Shown: positions 1 to 13,699 of the stretch, piece after piece
Position numbering within the stretch: the stretch's first letter is position 1
Layout: each line of letters begins with the position of its first letter
DNA from: Lama guanicoe
Taxonomy: Eukaryota
Assembly: GCA_013239625.1 (NCBI GenBank)
Contig: MU056000.1
Coordinates: 14,223,787-14,287,786, forward strand
Reading direction: 5' to 3'
DNA: 64,000 nucleotides
Notes under the pieces: generated by a model
The model's input: only the letters and a program-made list of their open reading frames with translations
Database searches by the model: none
What the model was told of the DNA's origin: nothing
Translations under genes and position numbers: made by a program

Positions 1-320
1 AGCCTCAAATAAATAAAATTAGAAATCAGTCAACAGACATTTCAAATGATTCTACAGAAAGAAATAGAATCATAAGAGACTACTGTGAACAACCATATGC
101 CAACAAACAGGATAGAGTAGAAGAAATGTCTACATTCCTAGAAACATAAAACCTTTTAAGACTGAATCTGGAAGAAAGAAAAAAATCTGAACTGACCAAC
201 AAGCAGTAAATATATTCGATTAGCAATAAAAACCTCCCAATACAAAACAAAAACAAACAAAACAAAACAAAACAAACACCAGGATCAGGCAGCTTCACTG
301 GCTAATTTCTACAAACATCT
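1..320 (+). mobile_element. LINE-1 ORF2 internal fragment, degenerate, cut by the window edge
   Basis: ATCATAAGAGACTACTGTGAACAACCATATGCCAACAAA...CCAGGATCAGGCAGCTTCACTGG matches the L1 ORF2 IIRDYYEQLYANK...SPGPDGFTGEF region, with stops, frameshifts and a (CAAAA)n expansion. Confidence 0.9.
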
Positions 321-1829
321 GAGAATCTTGAGATTTGAATCCTGCTGTATGCACAATTTGTTTAGATGGCCTGTTGCATTTAAACAAATTGTGGTTGATT
401 TTAGCATATTTTAAAAATCTAACAGCAACTGACCTAATACAGGTGAATATGATCAAAATCATTTTAATCAGTAGATTAAATAAATAGCATCATATATTAG
501 CAAAGTACCTACTGAAGTTGAATGGGTGAGCTTGAATCATGGGGCTGTCTTTTTAGATTTTTTTTCACTGTGCTCGTTAGTGAAGGGTATTAAAAACCTG
601 CATAGGAGATCATGAGTTGCACTGTTTTGTAGGCCCTATTTCCCCATGTGGTTAAGTTTAAGGAGAGAGGAAGGAAAAGAGAAGAGGGCTAGAAAGTGGG
701 GAGGGTGTTACGTTGTTGCAGGGAAGAGGATGCTACTAGACAGAGAACAGAGTTTTCTAATGAATGTCCCACCACCTCAATAAACAGCTAAATCCAGCTC
801 AGCGACGATTACACAATAGAAAAGTTGCCCACACGGTCCTATGGAAAGGCGGAGTTTGGTTTCCTTTTTGTACAACGACAACAACCTATAGTAAATACTG
901 AACAGATGGTACGTGGCTATCATAAAAAAAGCAATGTATTCCCAGGAAGGAAAATGATTTTATTTTGTGACTTTGAACTGATGGCTATACATTCCAATTT
1001 GATTTACATATTAAAAGAAAGACAATGAAAACATCACTTTGGAAACTTGGTATGTGAGAGGAGGTGACAGATTATTAAAACATATTATATGCATTTTTCA
1101 GGGTAGCTGCTCTGCTCAGATTATTTAATTCACTTATGATGAGACATAAATAATATACCCAATAATGCTCCTGCTCAGAGAAAAACATATGTCATAATTT
1201 TATGAATATTAGTTGGGCTTCTAATCCTTAATCGCTGAAACTATAGAAGCTTGGGAAGATTAAGAGCTCATAAATCTGGATGAGAAAGGGAAACGTTTAT
1301 CACATTTTAATATTACATTAGCCATACACAAAATTTTACATTCTAATCAGGTATTATAGATTTATTACTTATTTCTATGTTATACCTGAACAGAAAATGA
1401 TATATTTAGCAAATCTATAGTCACAAGATCTTTAAAATGTAGCAAAATTACTACATTATTAAAAAAGAAAACTCTATTTTTTTTAATAAAGATACTCTAG
1501 TTGTTGAATATTTTACCCATTGACATGAGCACAAGGGCTAACTTTTTTGGATAAACTTCCCTTTCCATTAGCAAACTGCAAGTTATTATCCTTAAAAGTT
1601 GTATGCATATTTATTTATATATATTCAATAATCAACAAACAAATGTAGGCAATGCATTTAATTAATAGTTCTTGCAAGTTACTTTAATGTCATTTTAAAA
1701 CATTCTCATAGTTTGAGAGAATTCATTTTAAAATATAATATAATAAAAAATACCCAGGTAACAAAAGAAGTATTATATTGAGTACACATAAGATCCAAAT
1801 GTCAAAGTGGAATTGCTTGTACTGATTCC

Positions 1830-2220
1830 AAACCAATTAATACAAATGTATATCATCCACATAATATACTCAAGACCAGGCCAGTGGGACATAGAAGAGA
1901 AATTAACAATGTGATGTTTGCTATTTACCCTCAAGCAGTTTGTAGAACACTTAGGTTGCAAAGGGAAAAAAAATAGGTAAGACAAAACAATAATAATAAA
2001 AGGAAAAGGAGAACAAATGTTTACAAAAACTATTGTAAACCAAGTAGGAGAGATTAAGGATATTGACCAGGGATAGTCATAGAAACACAGAAAATTTGGT
2101 TATCTCAAGATACATTAATGCCAAAAATGAAAACATGGGAACAGATCAGACAAGGAATATTCAACTATCATTTTGGACTCCTTACTTTATGATGATGCCG
2201 CCAATGTTATATGTAGAAAA
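1830..2220 (-). mobile_element. L2 LINE remnant
   Basis: Diverged L2 3'-end antisense pattern (...TTTACCCTCAAGCAGTTTGTAG...) followed by purine-rich sequence. Confidence 0.45.
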
Positions 2221-4679
2221 ATCAAAAGATTAAATTGCTGGACTAGAAATGAAAAACGCCACCTTTCCCGTCGCGCCTTCTCGATGCTTGACACTGTGCT
2301 CTGCGCAGGAAACAGGACATTTTAATCCACGCAGTGCTGTGCATATTTTATAAATAGAAAATTAAATAATGTGCCTGTAGTGATACACTTATTAATGCAA
2401 TCAAGCTTGAAAACAATTTCTGACTAATTTTAAGTCTCATAGTCTTCTTACTACGTCCTGTTGGTCTCAGAAAACGAAAAGAAGGCAGAGCACCTATTAC
2501 TTACATTTAATTCACACAAAATTCTTATATCATAGAAGAGGCACCCCAAATAGTTTATAAATTAATGCCTTTTTAGAGTAATAAAGCATTTAAAAATTTG
2601 AGAGTGTTATATACCTAATGCATTTGAGAGAAAGAGCAGGATAATCTGGTGGAGAAGGTCTGTTCATTGCTGGATATAAAAGATCAGAGGTTAAAGGAGA
2701 GAACTAGATACAAGGAGACATAAAATTACATGAGTGATACCCATGAAAGTTGATGAGCTGAACAAGGGAGTGAGAATATATAGACAGAAGCAATTGGTCA
2801 ATAAAAGTGCCAGTGGGGGGGGGGACCTGCAGGTCCAAGGAAGCAAGAGGAAACTGGACTCCAAATGAGATAGACAGGAAGAAGCAAATCAATGAACAAA
2901 TAATAATAAAATATATATTGTAAATAAATAGTAAAAACCACAACAATGAAAAAGTATTTTCCCACAAATTACTGATGCTGTTATAGTCCAGCAGTCTGTA
3001 TATTTAGAAGAAATTAATAATAAACCTACACTTGGAAATTTGAAATTAAATTTATCAGTAAGATAGGATGTCCTTCTGTCCCAAGATACCTTACACTTTT
3101 GCATAACCATTTTCATTTAATATCACAAATGAGAAGAAAATCAAAAGTTTTAAATATAAGTCATCAAGTAAATTGGCATGTGGTCCAGGGAGTCCTCTAA
3201 CTTATCACCTCAAGCATTTGAATCGGTAACATCGTATTACTGTCTCTTTTAAAATGCTATGTAGTTTTGTGGATAAAATGATGCCAACTGCAAAAGCGCT
3301 AACTGAATAAAAAGTTAAAGTGCCAGGCTCAGTAGGCTCATGGGAATACAGTTCATAACAGTTATTTTTTGAAAATTCTTAGCAAGGAAAATAATTTTTC
3401 ATATTTATTTACACTTTATAGATATTGTTTATGCTTGAGGTATATAGATTAGCACGTGAAAAAGATTATTTGCTTTGCCATACAATTTGGTAATTTAAAT
3501 TATAGTGAAAATAGCCCAAGTGCTTGTTAAGGTTTGTGCAGAGATCTCATATCGCATCTCTAACTGCTAGAGCAGAAGTCTTCCTCATTTTAACATTGAC
3601 GGTTTTAAGATAACACATCACACTAAAACAAGGCATGCTTATTGATTGCATGCAAGTCTACCAGACCAAAATAGAGTAAAACGTCAGTTCAGAACGTATA
3701 ACACAACAAATATCCAAAGTGCCTGATCATAAGTAAATACCTTTAAAACAAACTTTTCCGATATAACATCACCCCTAAACCACGATATGGTTTGTAGTTT
3801 CTAATTTATTCCTCGGCTTGTGTATAGGGAAGGACTGTATACACATCACTCATAAACCTAATTAGGGAAAAAAAAAATAGTGTCCCTGGCAAACATTTTG
3901 TTGGAAGCAGAGTTTACCTGTATTATCTGAGCTTCCTTCATAGGGAAGATGGAACAACATTGCGTGTGCTTATCCTAATGGTATTATAAAAAAGAGAAAA
4001 GTGTTAAAGTTAAAAAAAAAGAAAAAAGAAGAAAACCTCGGCTTCTCGGAGTCCAAACTACCTTCATTTGGTGGTTAGTAACCATCTTTGTACTAATTAA
4101 TGAGAGGTGATACAAAGAAAAGTGTCATTCCTCTTCTGTCCCTATGGTAGTGTTATCTGCAAATGGCATTTCAAGCTTGATTCATGTTTTAAAGATGATG
4201 AACAAAATGAATGAGCTTGTTTATTTTTAGCATGGCCTTTGCTTTTTCTCATTTATACATTATCCTCACAAGTTGCAAAGCAAAATTTGTTCTCCAGCAT
4301 CTGAAATAAATATCCTTAGTGTATTCATACTGCATTTAATGATTCTGCTCGGAAAACTGTTAATCAAGAAAATATTCAGTGAATGTCAAAATTGCCAAAT
4401 CTATAAATTCTGAAGGACTTTCAATCTCCAACCACGAAAAGTATGTATCTAAATGCCTAAAAATTATTTTCACATATTCAGAAAAATAAAGATGTCTAGT
4501 TGTCAATAAAACAAAAGTGGCAAATAAAAACAATTGATGAATGCAATTGTAGGACACAAATGTTAGTTATATTATTTTTTTACTTTTACTGTAGTTTTAA
4601 ATATTAAAAATGTAGTCTGGGGAAGAACACAATGAGAAATTCCTACGTGTTTGCTAGGATGTCTAAAACTAGTAAGATT

Positions 4680-5310
4680 AACAATAAAAAGAACAACTCT
4701 CATACAATGATGTGGGAGCGTAAATTAGTACAACCATTTTGGAAGAGTATTTGGCTGTATTTGTTAGTGCTAGACATACGCATATCCTATAACAGCATTT
4801 CCTCCTCAGTGTGTACCCGGCAATGAGGCACACATCTGCTCTCCAGAGATCAAATATCAGAGTACTCATAGTTGTGTTATTTGTAATAGTTAATAACTGG
4901 AAAGAGCCCAAATGCTCTTGAATGGTAGAATGGATAACTTGTGATCCATTCATACAATGGAATAACCTACAACAATAAAATGAATAAAAGACTGATTCAC
5001 TCAAAAATGGATGGCTTTTACAAAATTCTGTTGAGAAGCCAAACACAGTGGAGTAGTACTGTATGATTCTATTCATAAAAAAACACAAGCAGAATGCATT
5101 TATGTTGTAAGAAATCAGAAAAAAAGATACATGTGAGGAAGAGGATGGGACTGTGAAAATATACAAAGAAGGTTTTTGGAATGTAGGTAATATTCTATTT
5201 TATATAGATGGTAGTTACCTGGGTATGTTCAATTATTGGTAGTTATTTATCTGTACACTTACAGCTTGTGTAATATTACCTATGCATGTTATACTTCAAT
5301 TAAAATTTTT
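4680..5310 (+). mobile_element. Old L1 3' end (L1ME/L1MD-like)
   Basis: GTAAATTAGTACAACCATTTTGGAAG, TGTATGATTCTATTCATA and a terminal TGTTATACTTCAATTAAAA are typical of the L1M ORF2 end and 3'UTR. Confidence 0.85.
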
Positions 5311-5379
5311 AAACATTACTTTTTAAAAGCCTGACTTGCTTCAGTTCTAGTCTATAAATATGCTTGTCTTACATTTCCT

Positions 5380-6520
5380 GGGATATAATTTGGGCTATGT
5401 GCCAGGCAATATTTTAAACACTGGGGATCCAAAGGTGAATGAGCAAATAATATTCTGGTGGAAGTAGGGTTTACATTCTAGTTGGGGGTAAGAAAAAAAA
5501 AAAGAAATGAGTAAACTAATAAACATTATCATTGAAGAGCCTAAGAAAATAGGTTGGTAAGACAGAGAGCTACTTTAGGGAAGAGAGCATCATTTTCAAT
5601 AGGATGAGATTAAGCATGAAAGATAAAGTGGTAATGATAGAAAAATATGTGGGGAGGACATTTCAGACCAAAAGAATAACAAGTTCAAGTGCCCTGAGGA
5701 AGGCTTGGCATATTTGAGGATGGAAAGCAGGAAAGTCTAGGTTGGTGGCTACAGGTGGAAATAGAGTTGGAAAGGGAGGCTGGGTGAGATCATAAAGGAT
5801 TTTAGAGGTCATGGCAAGAACTGAATCTTTTATTATATGTAAAATTGAGATTCACCGAAATGTTTTGAAAGAGAAGAACAGCATCTACTGGTTCATATTT
5901 CTAAGAAGTTTCTGCTGGCTGGTCGAGAAGGGCATTTGCAGATGCAAGCAGGTCAGCGGAAACCATGGTAGAAGATCATGGTTATTTGAACTAGCATGGT
6001 GGCAGCAGAGATGAAAGCAGTAAACATTTTAGGGGGAAAACACAGAGAACTTGGTAGTGGTGTGAGGAATATGGATGAAGATGGTGTAATGAACATGTCT
6101 CAGTTTTCTGATTTGTGTAAATGGTGGTATCCCTTGCTGAGATGACTGAAACCATCTATCTGAGCAGAGTAAATGGGTGGTGGGATCCTGAAAAAAAATT
6201 TTTTAAAGATGAAAGTTACCAGAGCACACATTTATGGGAATTATCCATGAGGAAGGAATGATTTTATGATGTAGTCAATCAAGGGGAGGAGTTGGGAGGG
6301 TCTGGGGAGGAAACCCTGAGAACAAGGTGTGGATCATAGCAGGGATGTTCCTTCAATACAATGTGAGCAGAAAAAACGGGTTGGAATAGAGATACCGGTT
6401 CATGTACAGACTTGGTGGAGACGACATGAGATAGTAACAGTTTCACTGATTTTAGACATCTTATAACTGTGATGTTAAGTAAGGCCATCAGCTGAGATCA
6501 GGGTCAAGGGGAGAATGGAG
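5380..6520 (-). mobile_element. L2 LINE fragments
   Basis: CTATGTGCCAGGCAATATTTTAAACACTGGGGAT...TTACATTCTAGTTGGGG and downstream purine-rich blocks match L2 antisense. Confidence 0.8.
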
Positions 6521-6564
6521 GCTGGTTGGCAGAGAGACCTGACGGATGGAAGGGCACAGGGCAG

Positions 6565-6680
6565 GCTCCACTGATTCAGCTACTACCCAGTGCGCTCTGT
6601 TGGGCAAGTTTGTGAACTTCTATGACTTCAGTTTATTCATATAAAATGCAGTTAATAATACCTGCCCAACCTCCAGAGGC
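6565..6680 (+). mobile_element. MIR SINE
   Basis: MIR core TTGGGCAAGTTTGTGAACTTCTATGACTTCAGTTTATTCATATAAAATG. Confidence 0.8.
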
Positions 6681-8425
6681 TCCAGAACAGACTTCCAGTT
6701 AACATGGCTAACTATGCACATATAAATAAATCATAAATGATAAACTATGTAATAATTCAAAAAAATCAGTAATTTAATTAAAATCTGAGTTCAACGTATA
6801 GATTAGATAATTTCTCTGAAATTTTTCATGATTTCAAATCTCTCTACTCTATAAAAATTACACCAAATTTATTTTTTTTGCCAATGAAATGCATTTTGCC
6901 AAAATGTGCTACTTTTATATTTTATAAAATTATCTTCTTATCTGTCAATTTTTTAATGAAACACAATAAATTGGAGAAAAAGTACTGGTATTAGATGAAA
7001 AAGTTAATATGCAGAAAAGTAAACTGTGGAGTTTCCAGGAGAAATGTCTACACTGATAAACATTTGAAGGGTAGACTCTGAACTGAGTATTTAGATAAAG
7101 CAGAAAGATCAATAACAATTAAACACAATCTGATTTGAAGCAGTTGTTATTTTAAACATTTCATGTCTCTTAGAAAATCAAAGTTTCACAAAGAATGCTT
7201 TTTCGATGTTAATAAATTAGAGAAATAAACATACATTAGTTAAGAATAAATTATTCTTGTAGAATTTATTGATTAGAACAACCTAGCCCTTTCATTGGGT
7301 TAATGTGTTGTTTTTCCATTTTAAATATTTGGCATTTCCTTTAGTAAAAGAATGGGTATCCTTTCCAGGATGCTGACTAAGTGCCCTAGTTTACTTCTTT
7401 CTGAAAGCCACAATTTTATACTGGGAAGAGTCAGCACTTTCAGGATGCTAATACCAAATCTGTGTTAAAAATACCTTTTGCATAGACATGAAATCCTCCT
7501 TAGCACTGGTCTGGAAATGGAGTGAGATGCTTTCTCTGAGAAACAAGCCATTCCTAACTGTCACGTACCTCCAGAGTCACACAGGAGCTGCCTTTGAAGT
7601 TGGTGAGAGCATTTCATCTGAAAGGGTGATTCTTGCCTCAACAATTTCAAACCAGTGACATTCATGTGCTATAGATTCTTGTCATTTCACAAGTGTTTCC
7701 TTCTGTTACTCAAGTGAGTACTAAAATGGCTCAAAGTAGATTTTCCTTAATGCAACTTCCACAGATTTTGTTTAAAAAATCTGAAACAAATGATTTGAAA
7801 TTTCACTTTAAAAATGCCCTCAATAAATCCAGGAAAAACAGTCTTCAGATATCACAGACAATGCAAAAATGTCACAGGTTTTGGAAATCTCTATAATTAC
7901 AGGAAAAAGTTGAGAGTAAAATAACACATCCTTGGCAAAAATATATTCTATATTCCACATATATGCTACTCTCCACGTGTGTACTTATATATTTATATAT
8001 ACACACACATATATATACACATTTAGAATATCTAATTTAGTACTAGTAGTATCTAGAAGATAGTATTATTCTAAAATTTGTTGTTTTGGCACTTTTAGAA
8101 TGCACAGTGGGCACAGTAGTCAAGCAATATTCATGACCTTTAAACTACCTTGAAGAAAGACCAACACAGGTGACGACTGTCACCAGAAACATCTCAGGGA
8201 AGGAGTGTGGACTTGGCCTGTAGTACTGAGAGCTCTTAGAAAAGCAGGTGGCTCTTATATTCAGATGCATTCTTCGGGAGTTGCATAAGGTGACTTTGGA
8301 GAAAGAGGCATATAAGAATTGAAGGGGACTGAGGAGATTACAACGATTGGTAAAATCAAGAATGGCAGAGGAAAGAAGTAATAGTAATAATGATACAGTT
8401 GAAAATAGGGAAACAGAGGCAGGAA

Positions 8426-8842
8426 TTTCTGTGGACTGAACTGTGTATCTCCAAAATTCTTATGTTGAAGGCTTAACCCATAATGTCCTGGTGTTCCGAT
8501 CTGGGGTCCTTGGAAGGTAATTAGGTTTAAATGAGGTCATGAGGGTGGGGACCTTATGATGGGAAGAATGTCCTTGTAAGAAGAGATCCAAGAGAGAGAG
8601 CTCTCCCTCCCTCTCCCTCCGTCCTCCCCTATTCTCCTCCCCCCCCTCTCTCCCCTTAAAACACAGCAAGAAAGTGATTTGTTGATAAGACAGGAAGACA
8701 GAAGCAAGCACTCCTCAGGAAACTAAATGGACTAGCGCCTTGATCTTGGATTTCCCCTAGAACTGTGAGAAATAAATTCTCCCTGTTGCTTAAGCCACAC
8801 ATTTCATAAATTTTGTTATGACTGCCCGAGTTAACTAGTACA
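8426..8842 (+). mobile_element. MaLR solo LTR (MLT1A-like)
   Basis: Starts TGTGGACTGAACTGTGTATCTCCAAAATTC, contains GGTAATTAGGTTTAAATGAGGTCATGAGGGTGGGG and AGAACTGTGAGAAATAAA, ends AACTAGTACA. Confidence 0.9.
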
Positions 8843-10498
8843 AGAGCAAATATAAATTAGGAAGAATAAGAATGAAGATTGACAAAAGAGACGCAATGTG
8901 GCAGGGAAAAAAAAAGAAACAGAGCTGAAACAAGATAAGAGACAAAGGAAGACAAGGAACAGAGTGATATATTGATCTGTACAGATTGCAATGATCTAAT
9001 ATTAGGAAAAATGTGGTTTACAGTAAAATAAATAACATTCTTTCCAAAAGTTGACAAAATCTGTGTGTATATTACAATAGATTTATTTATATGCATATAT
9101 GTTTACATATATGTTAACACATGTGTTTTATAGGTGTATAGGGTAAGGGATAGATGAATAAGAAATTATATTTTTGGATATTTCAGCTGAGTAGGAATTG
9201 AAGAAAGGAAAATGGAGGGTATTAATCTTTCTTATCATTTGACTGGTTATCCTGAGTAACTACCACTTAAGGAATGAATAGAATGAATATAATAAATCAG
9301 AAAAGCAAAACACATGAAAAGAAAATTAAATGTCACAATTATGTGACACAATAGACAGATGACTTGGAGTACAACTTGCCTCTGGGCGCCCAGCCAGGGT
9401 CAGATCAAGCCACTGGGATCAAGAATATGGAAGCTCAGACGCACAATTTGTTCCAGTGCCTCCAGCATCACCAACTAGTCAGATTAGGCAAGACTGGTGT
9501 GCAATATTCACTTGGGTTCTCCTTCTGTCCTGGTGTGGTCCATGTGCCAAAAGAAGTCATATTTGCCATTGTTAAAGCCATGTATTAAATAAGATTTCTG
9601 TAACCAGGTGTGAGCAAACAATATCCATGGGGCATTTTAAAGACTGAAATAAAGTTGTAACTAGCCAGATATTGTTAGGTGATTTGCTTGAATTTGTTCT
9701 TTATTGTATATTTAAAATTTTCTTAATATTTTTCTGTGAACATTTTTTAAATGTTATGCTTGAAAACATGAGAAAGAGCTCTTCAAACTGGGAGCATAAA
9801 GAACTTTCTCCCTATTTAGCAGTTTTGAGAAGGTTAGCAGCATCTCAGCCACTTTTTTAAAAAGTAGTTAGATCAGTGAAACAAGGTAGGTTTCTGTATT
9901 TCATTCTAAATCCATCTTTGTTAATAGACCACATTATATCTTTAAACTTCCAAGCTATAGAATGCTCTGTCATAATTAACTTTGTTTCTTTTTTAAATGG
10001 CATTGCTAAAAACTTGAATAAACATTTCTTACACTGGAAAAATAAAGAGAGGAGAGGGTGTTTTGCTTATTTTCCTGTACATTCTGTATTTCACTTTATT
10101 TGTGCATTAGTGTTTCTACTGTTACATAAATGAATAACCTACCTAAAGGAGCTGTAGAAAATAACACTTGGTAAACCATATTTGGACACAGGAACCAGAA
10201 GTCCAGTAAACTCATATAAATAGAAGTACAATGCACTTAATGGGGACCAGATGGTATACATTAGGTAGGACACATTTTCTTTCATGAGGGATAATTTTAG
10301 CTTACATTCCTTTCAGAAAACATCCTTCAGGTTTGATATTATGATTCTTTCTTCAATTTAATGTTGAACAATATAATAATCTCTATTTAATGGTATAAAT
10401 ATTACATATTAAATAATATTCTGTATCTTTATTCTCAGAAAGTTTGCCTGATGGGTCACTTATAAAAGGCAGAACTTAACATACCTCCTCATGCTAAC

Positions 10499-11027
10499 TG
10501 TGTTAGTTTCTTATTGCTATGGTAAGAAAGTACCACAAACTTAAGTGATTTCCAACAATGCATAGTTATTATCCTACAATGCTGTGTAGGTCAGAACTCT
10601 GACAAGGGTCAGGTCAGAAGTCTGAAATGAGCCAGAAGGGAGCTAAAATTAGGTGTCAGCAAGGCAGCGTTCCTTTCCAGATGCTCTAGGGGAGAATCTT
10701 TGCATTTTCCAGTTTCTAGACACTTCCCAAAGCACTTGGTCCTCTTTCTCCATATTCCAGTCTAGCAACATCAGAATGGGTCCATCTCACATGTCATCAC
10801 TCTGACCTCCTGTCTGCCTACCTCTTCCACCTTTAAACACCCTTGTGAATCCATTGAGCCTACCTGTTGCTGATAATCCACGATTATCTCCTTATTTTAT
10901 GGAGCCAAAATGAGCAACCTTGATTTTATCTGTGCTTCGAATCCTCTTCTGCCAACGTAACTACATATTCACCGGCTCCAGGAATTAAGACCTGGACACC
11001 TTTGGGGGTCATTATTCTGCCCACCAC
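10499..11027 (-). mobile_element. MaLR solo LTR (MLT1D-like)
   Basis: TGTGTTAGTTTCTTATTGCTATGGTAAGAAAGTACCACAAACTT ... TTGGGGGTCATTATTCTGCCCACCAC are the MLT1 antisense termini. Confidence 0.88.
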
Positions 11028-11257
11028 GTTAGCCCTCAATGTAGTCACCCACAGCACTCACACATTCTTTAAGTTGTTCAAAGTACTGTTGCAACTTCTC
11101 TCATAAAACTGAGTTTCAGAAATAACATCGCTTAATTTATCTGAGATTATGGACATTCTAAATGAAGCTTGGCTAATAAAGTGCCACTTAATTGAACTGA
11201 ACGGATTACTGTCTGTTTAGATTAAGAAACAGAACGTGATCATCAAGTCATAAAGGT

Positions 11258-11284
11258 TTGTGTGTGTTTGTGTGTGTGTGTGTC
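11258..11284. repeat. Imperfect (TG)n microsatellite
   Basis: Directly visible. Confidence 0.9.
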
Positions 11285-12059
11285 CCCGCATGTGTGAGTG
11301 TTCTTGTCTTGGGATAGTTGGATGAAAGAATGCTTTACTTGGTGTCAGCATCATGGATATAATCTAATAATACAGTCATCTTGCATTTTTGCTTAAAGAT
11401 CAGTTTCACCACATTACAGTCACTTTATATTTGCAGCTGAAACTGTAGATTTATATGTTGGTTCTTAATATATTTCTCCCACACTTCAAAGGCAGGACAT
11501 AAATCACCAGTAGGATGGCAAAGTAAAAACAGAGTCCCTTAATTGGAATATTGGCTACAGGAAACTTTTCATATCTATTCTTCTTTTATTATGATTATTT
11601 TTAGAATAATTTTGGGTTGGCAAGAAGCAAAAGTGTTAGTTATCAGTAAATGAGATATATTTCATTTGTTATAAATGTGTAAGATCTGAAAAGCAGTCAT
11701 CAACATGAAAATTTAGGGAAAGCTAACAAAAACATTGGAAGATAAGAACCATATTGATGAATAAAATCCCCAGATGATTAAACCAATAATTTTGTTTGAT
11801 GTCAACATTTGCTTTTATGACATCAAGAAACTTTCTAGTTATTTCTAGTGTCAGGCTCACATTAAATGTAAAATGATTACTATAAACAGAAAACTTTGAA
11901 AAAGTAAGCAGCTAGAATGCATAAGATCTTTCAAAGATGAACTTTTTTTAAATTAAGAAAATGAATTTTCATACCTAAAATGAAAATGTCCAAATGATAA
12001 TGTTAGATATGTGTCTATATGTGTCCGAGAGTTAACATTTCAATAATTTTAAATGTTTT

Positions 12060-13140
12060 TCAAGACAGCCTTTTCCTTGAAATACATCTTCCCTGGCTTT
12101 CAAGACTCTCCAGTTACCGTTTCTCGTGGCTCTTCACTGTACCATGTCTCTCACTGACTCCATGCCAGTTGAACATTTCAATCCAAAATCTGACAAAACT
12201 CAGCTCTTCCTATCTCCTGCCTGCCCTCCTTCCCTCGTTAAAATGTGTTCTGCTCAATTCTTTCCCTCCTCAGGAGAAAACAACTCCAGCCTTCTAGGTG
12301 CCCAGGATACAGCAGACAAAATGTATCCTTTACCTTCACTGCCCCCCACCAACCCTCTATCTCACACGACACCGAGTCTTGTCAGCTTGAATTTCCAGAT
12401 AAATATAGAATCCAACCTCTTCTCTCAAACTCAACTGCTTGCACTCTGGTGCAAGTCACCATCTCCCTGCCTCTGAATCACTGAAATATCTCTGCAACGG
12501 GCCTCTCTGTTTCTGTTCTGCCTCCCCTGGAGTCTAGTTCCAGTTAATTGGAACTAACACAGTGGCCAGATACAGCTGATTAGTAACCTTAATTCCATCT
12601 TCACTCTTAATCCCCATTTGCCATGTAATATAACAAAGGCATCAGATCATGTCACTTCTCTGCTCAAAAATATCTAACACCACCCCAAGTCTCCTACGAA
12701 AAACCCAAAGCACTTGCACTCATCTATAGCATCTACACATGACCTGGTTCCCATCATCTCTTAACAGTCTCTCTCCTCGGCTGCATTTCTGTCACATCAC
12801 TCTAGTTATAAGCTGGCCTCCTTGCTATTCTTCTAACAGGACAGGCAGGCTCCTGCCCCAGGGCATTTGCTCTTGCAGTTCCCTCCCTAGAATATGGTTT
12901 TTCAGTATCAACATTGTTCATATCCATACTTCTTTCAAGGCTTTATTCAATGTCACCTTCCCAGTGAGGGCTTACTAGCCATTAAAGCTAAAATATCAAA
13001 CCACCACCCATCTCTTCAAAACTTTCTTCCCCATCCCACCTTCCTCTCCCCCACTTAACAATGATCAAGTTCTACAAGTATATAAAATATTATTTCCCTT
13101 ATTCCCGTCTCTCTCCTCAAATAGCATGCAATCTCCACAA
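12060..13140 (+). mobile_element. L2 LINE (L2a-like), interrupted by a short MLT1-type fragment
   Basis: Pyrimidine-rich L2 hallmarks: CAAGTCACCATCTCCCTGCCT, TCAGATCATGTCACTTCTCTGCTCAAAA, CCTGCCCCAGGGCATTTGC, TCAATGTCACCTTCCCAGTGAGG. Confidence 0.88.
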
Positions 13141-13699
13141 ATGAATTTAATATTTAATGTAGTAAAATAGAATCTAAATATTTAATTTGGCTTTATTTTT
13201 GTTTTTAAAATATGATATATCTACAAAAAGTAGAACTCCAATCATCAGAACTGAAAATCCTACTGGACAGTCTTTTGGAACCGGTTTACTTTTCAATCAA
13301 TCACACAAGGCTTTCTCAATTATGGCTAAGTTAAATTGTATCAATTGGCCAATAAATGGGTTCTGAAAAAAAGCAGAAAAATTGCATACAACCAAAATAG
13401 TTCTTTGTTTATTCTTTCAGGCTCAATTACATTATATCACACATCGCAGCTCGAAAGTACTAATTACATGTGTTTAAAATGTAGATAATATAAACAATAC
13501 AGAAAAATTCAGGGGATACACATTTTTGTCTCAATACATCATCCAAGTAATTGATTTTCTTGAAATCCTTTTTTAAGTCAGAGTGTACATAAAATTTTGT
13601 ATCAAGTTTAATATATTACATGCAATTTCAAAAAAATTTATTATTTAGTTTGATTCAAATTCTTATACTAATTTTATCTTCTTGAGAAGTTTCTTCATT

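Noticed and set aside
4678..5166. Longest ORF in the window (162 aa)
   Set aside because: Antisense frame of an old L1 3' end.
12019..12978. Cluster of overlapping ORFs
   Set aside because: All lie in pyrimidine-rich L2 sequence.
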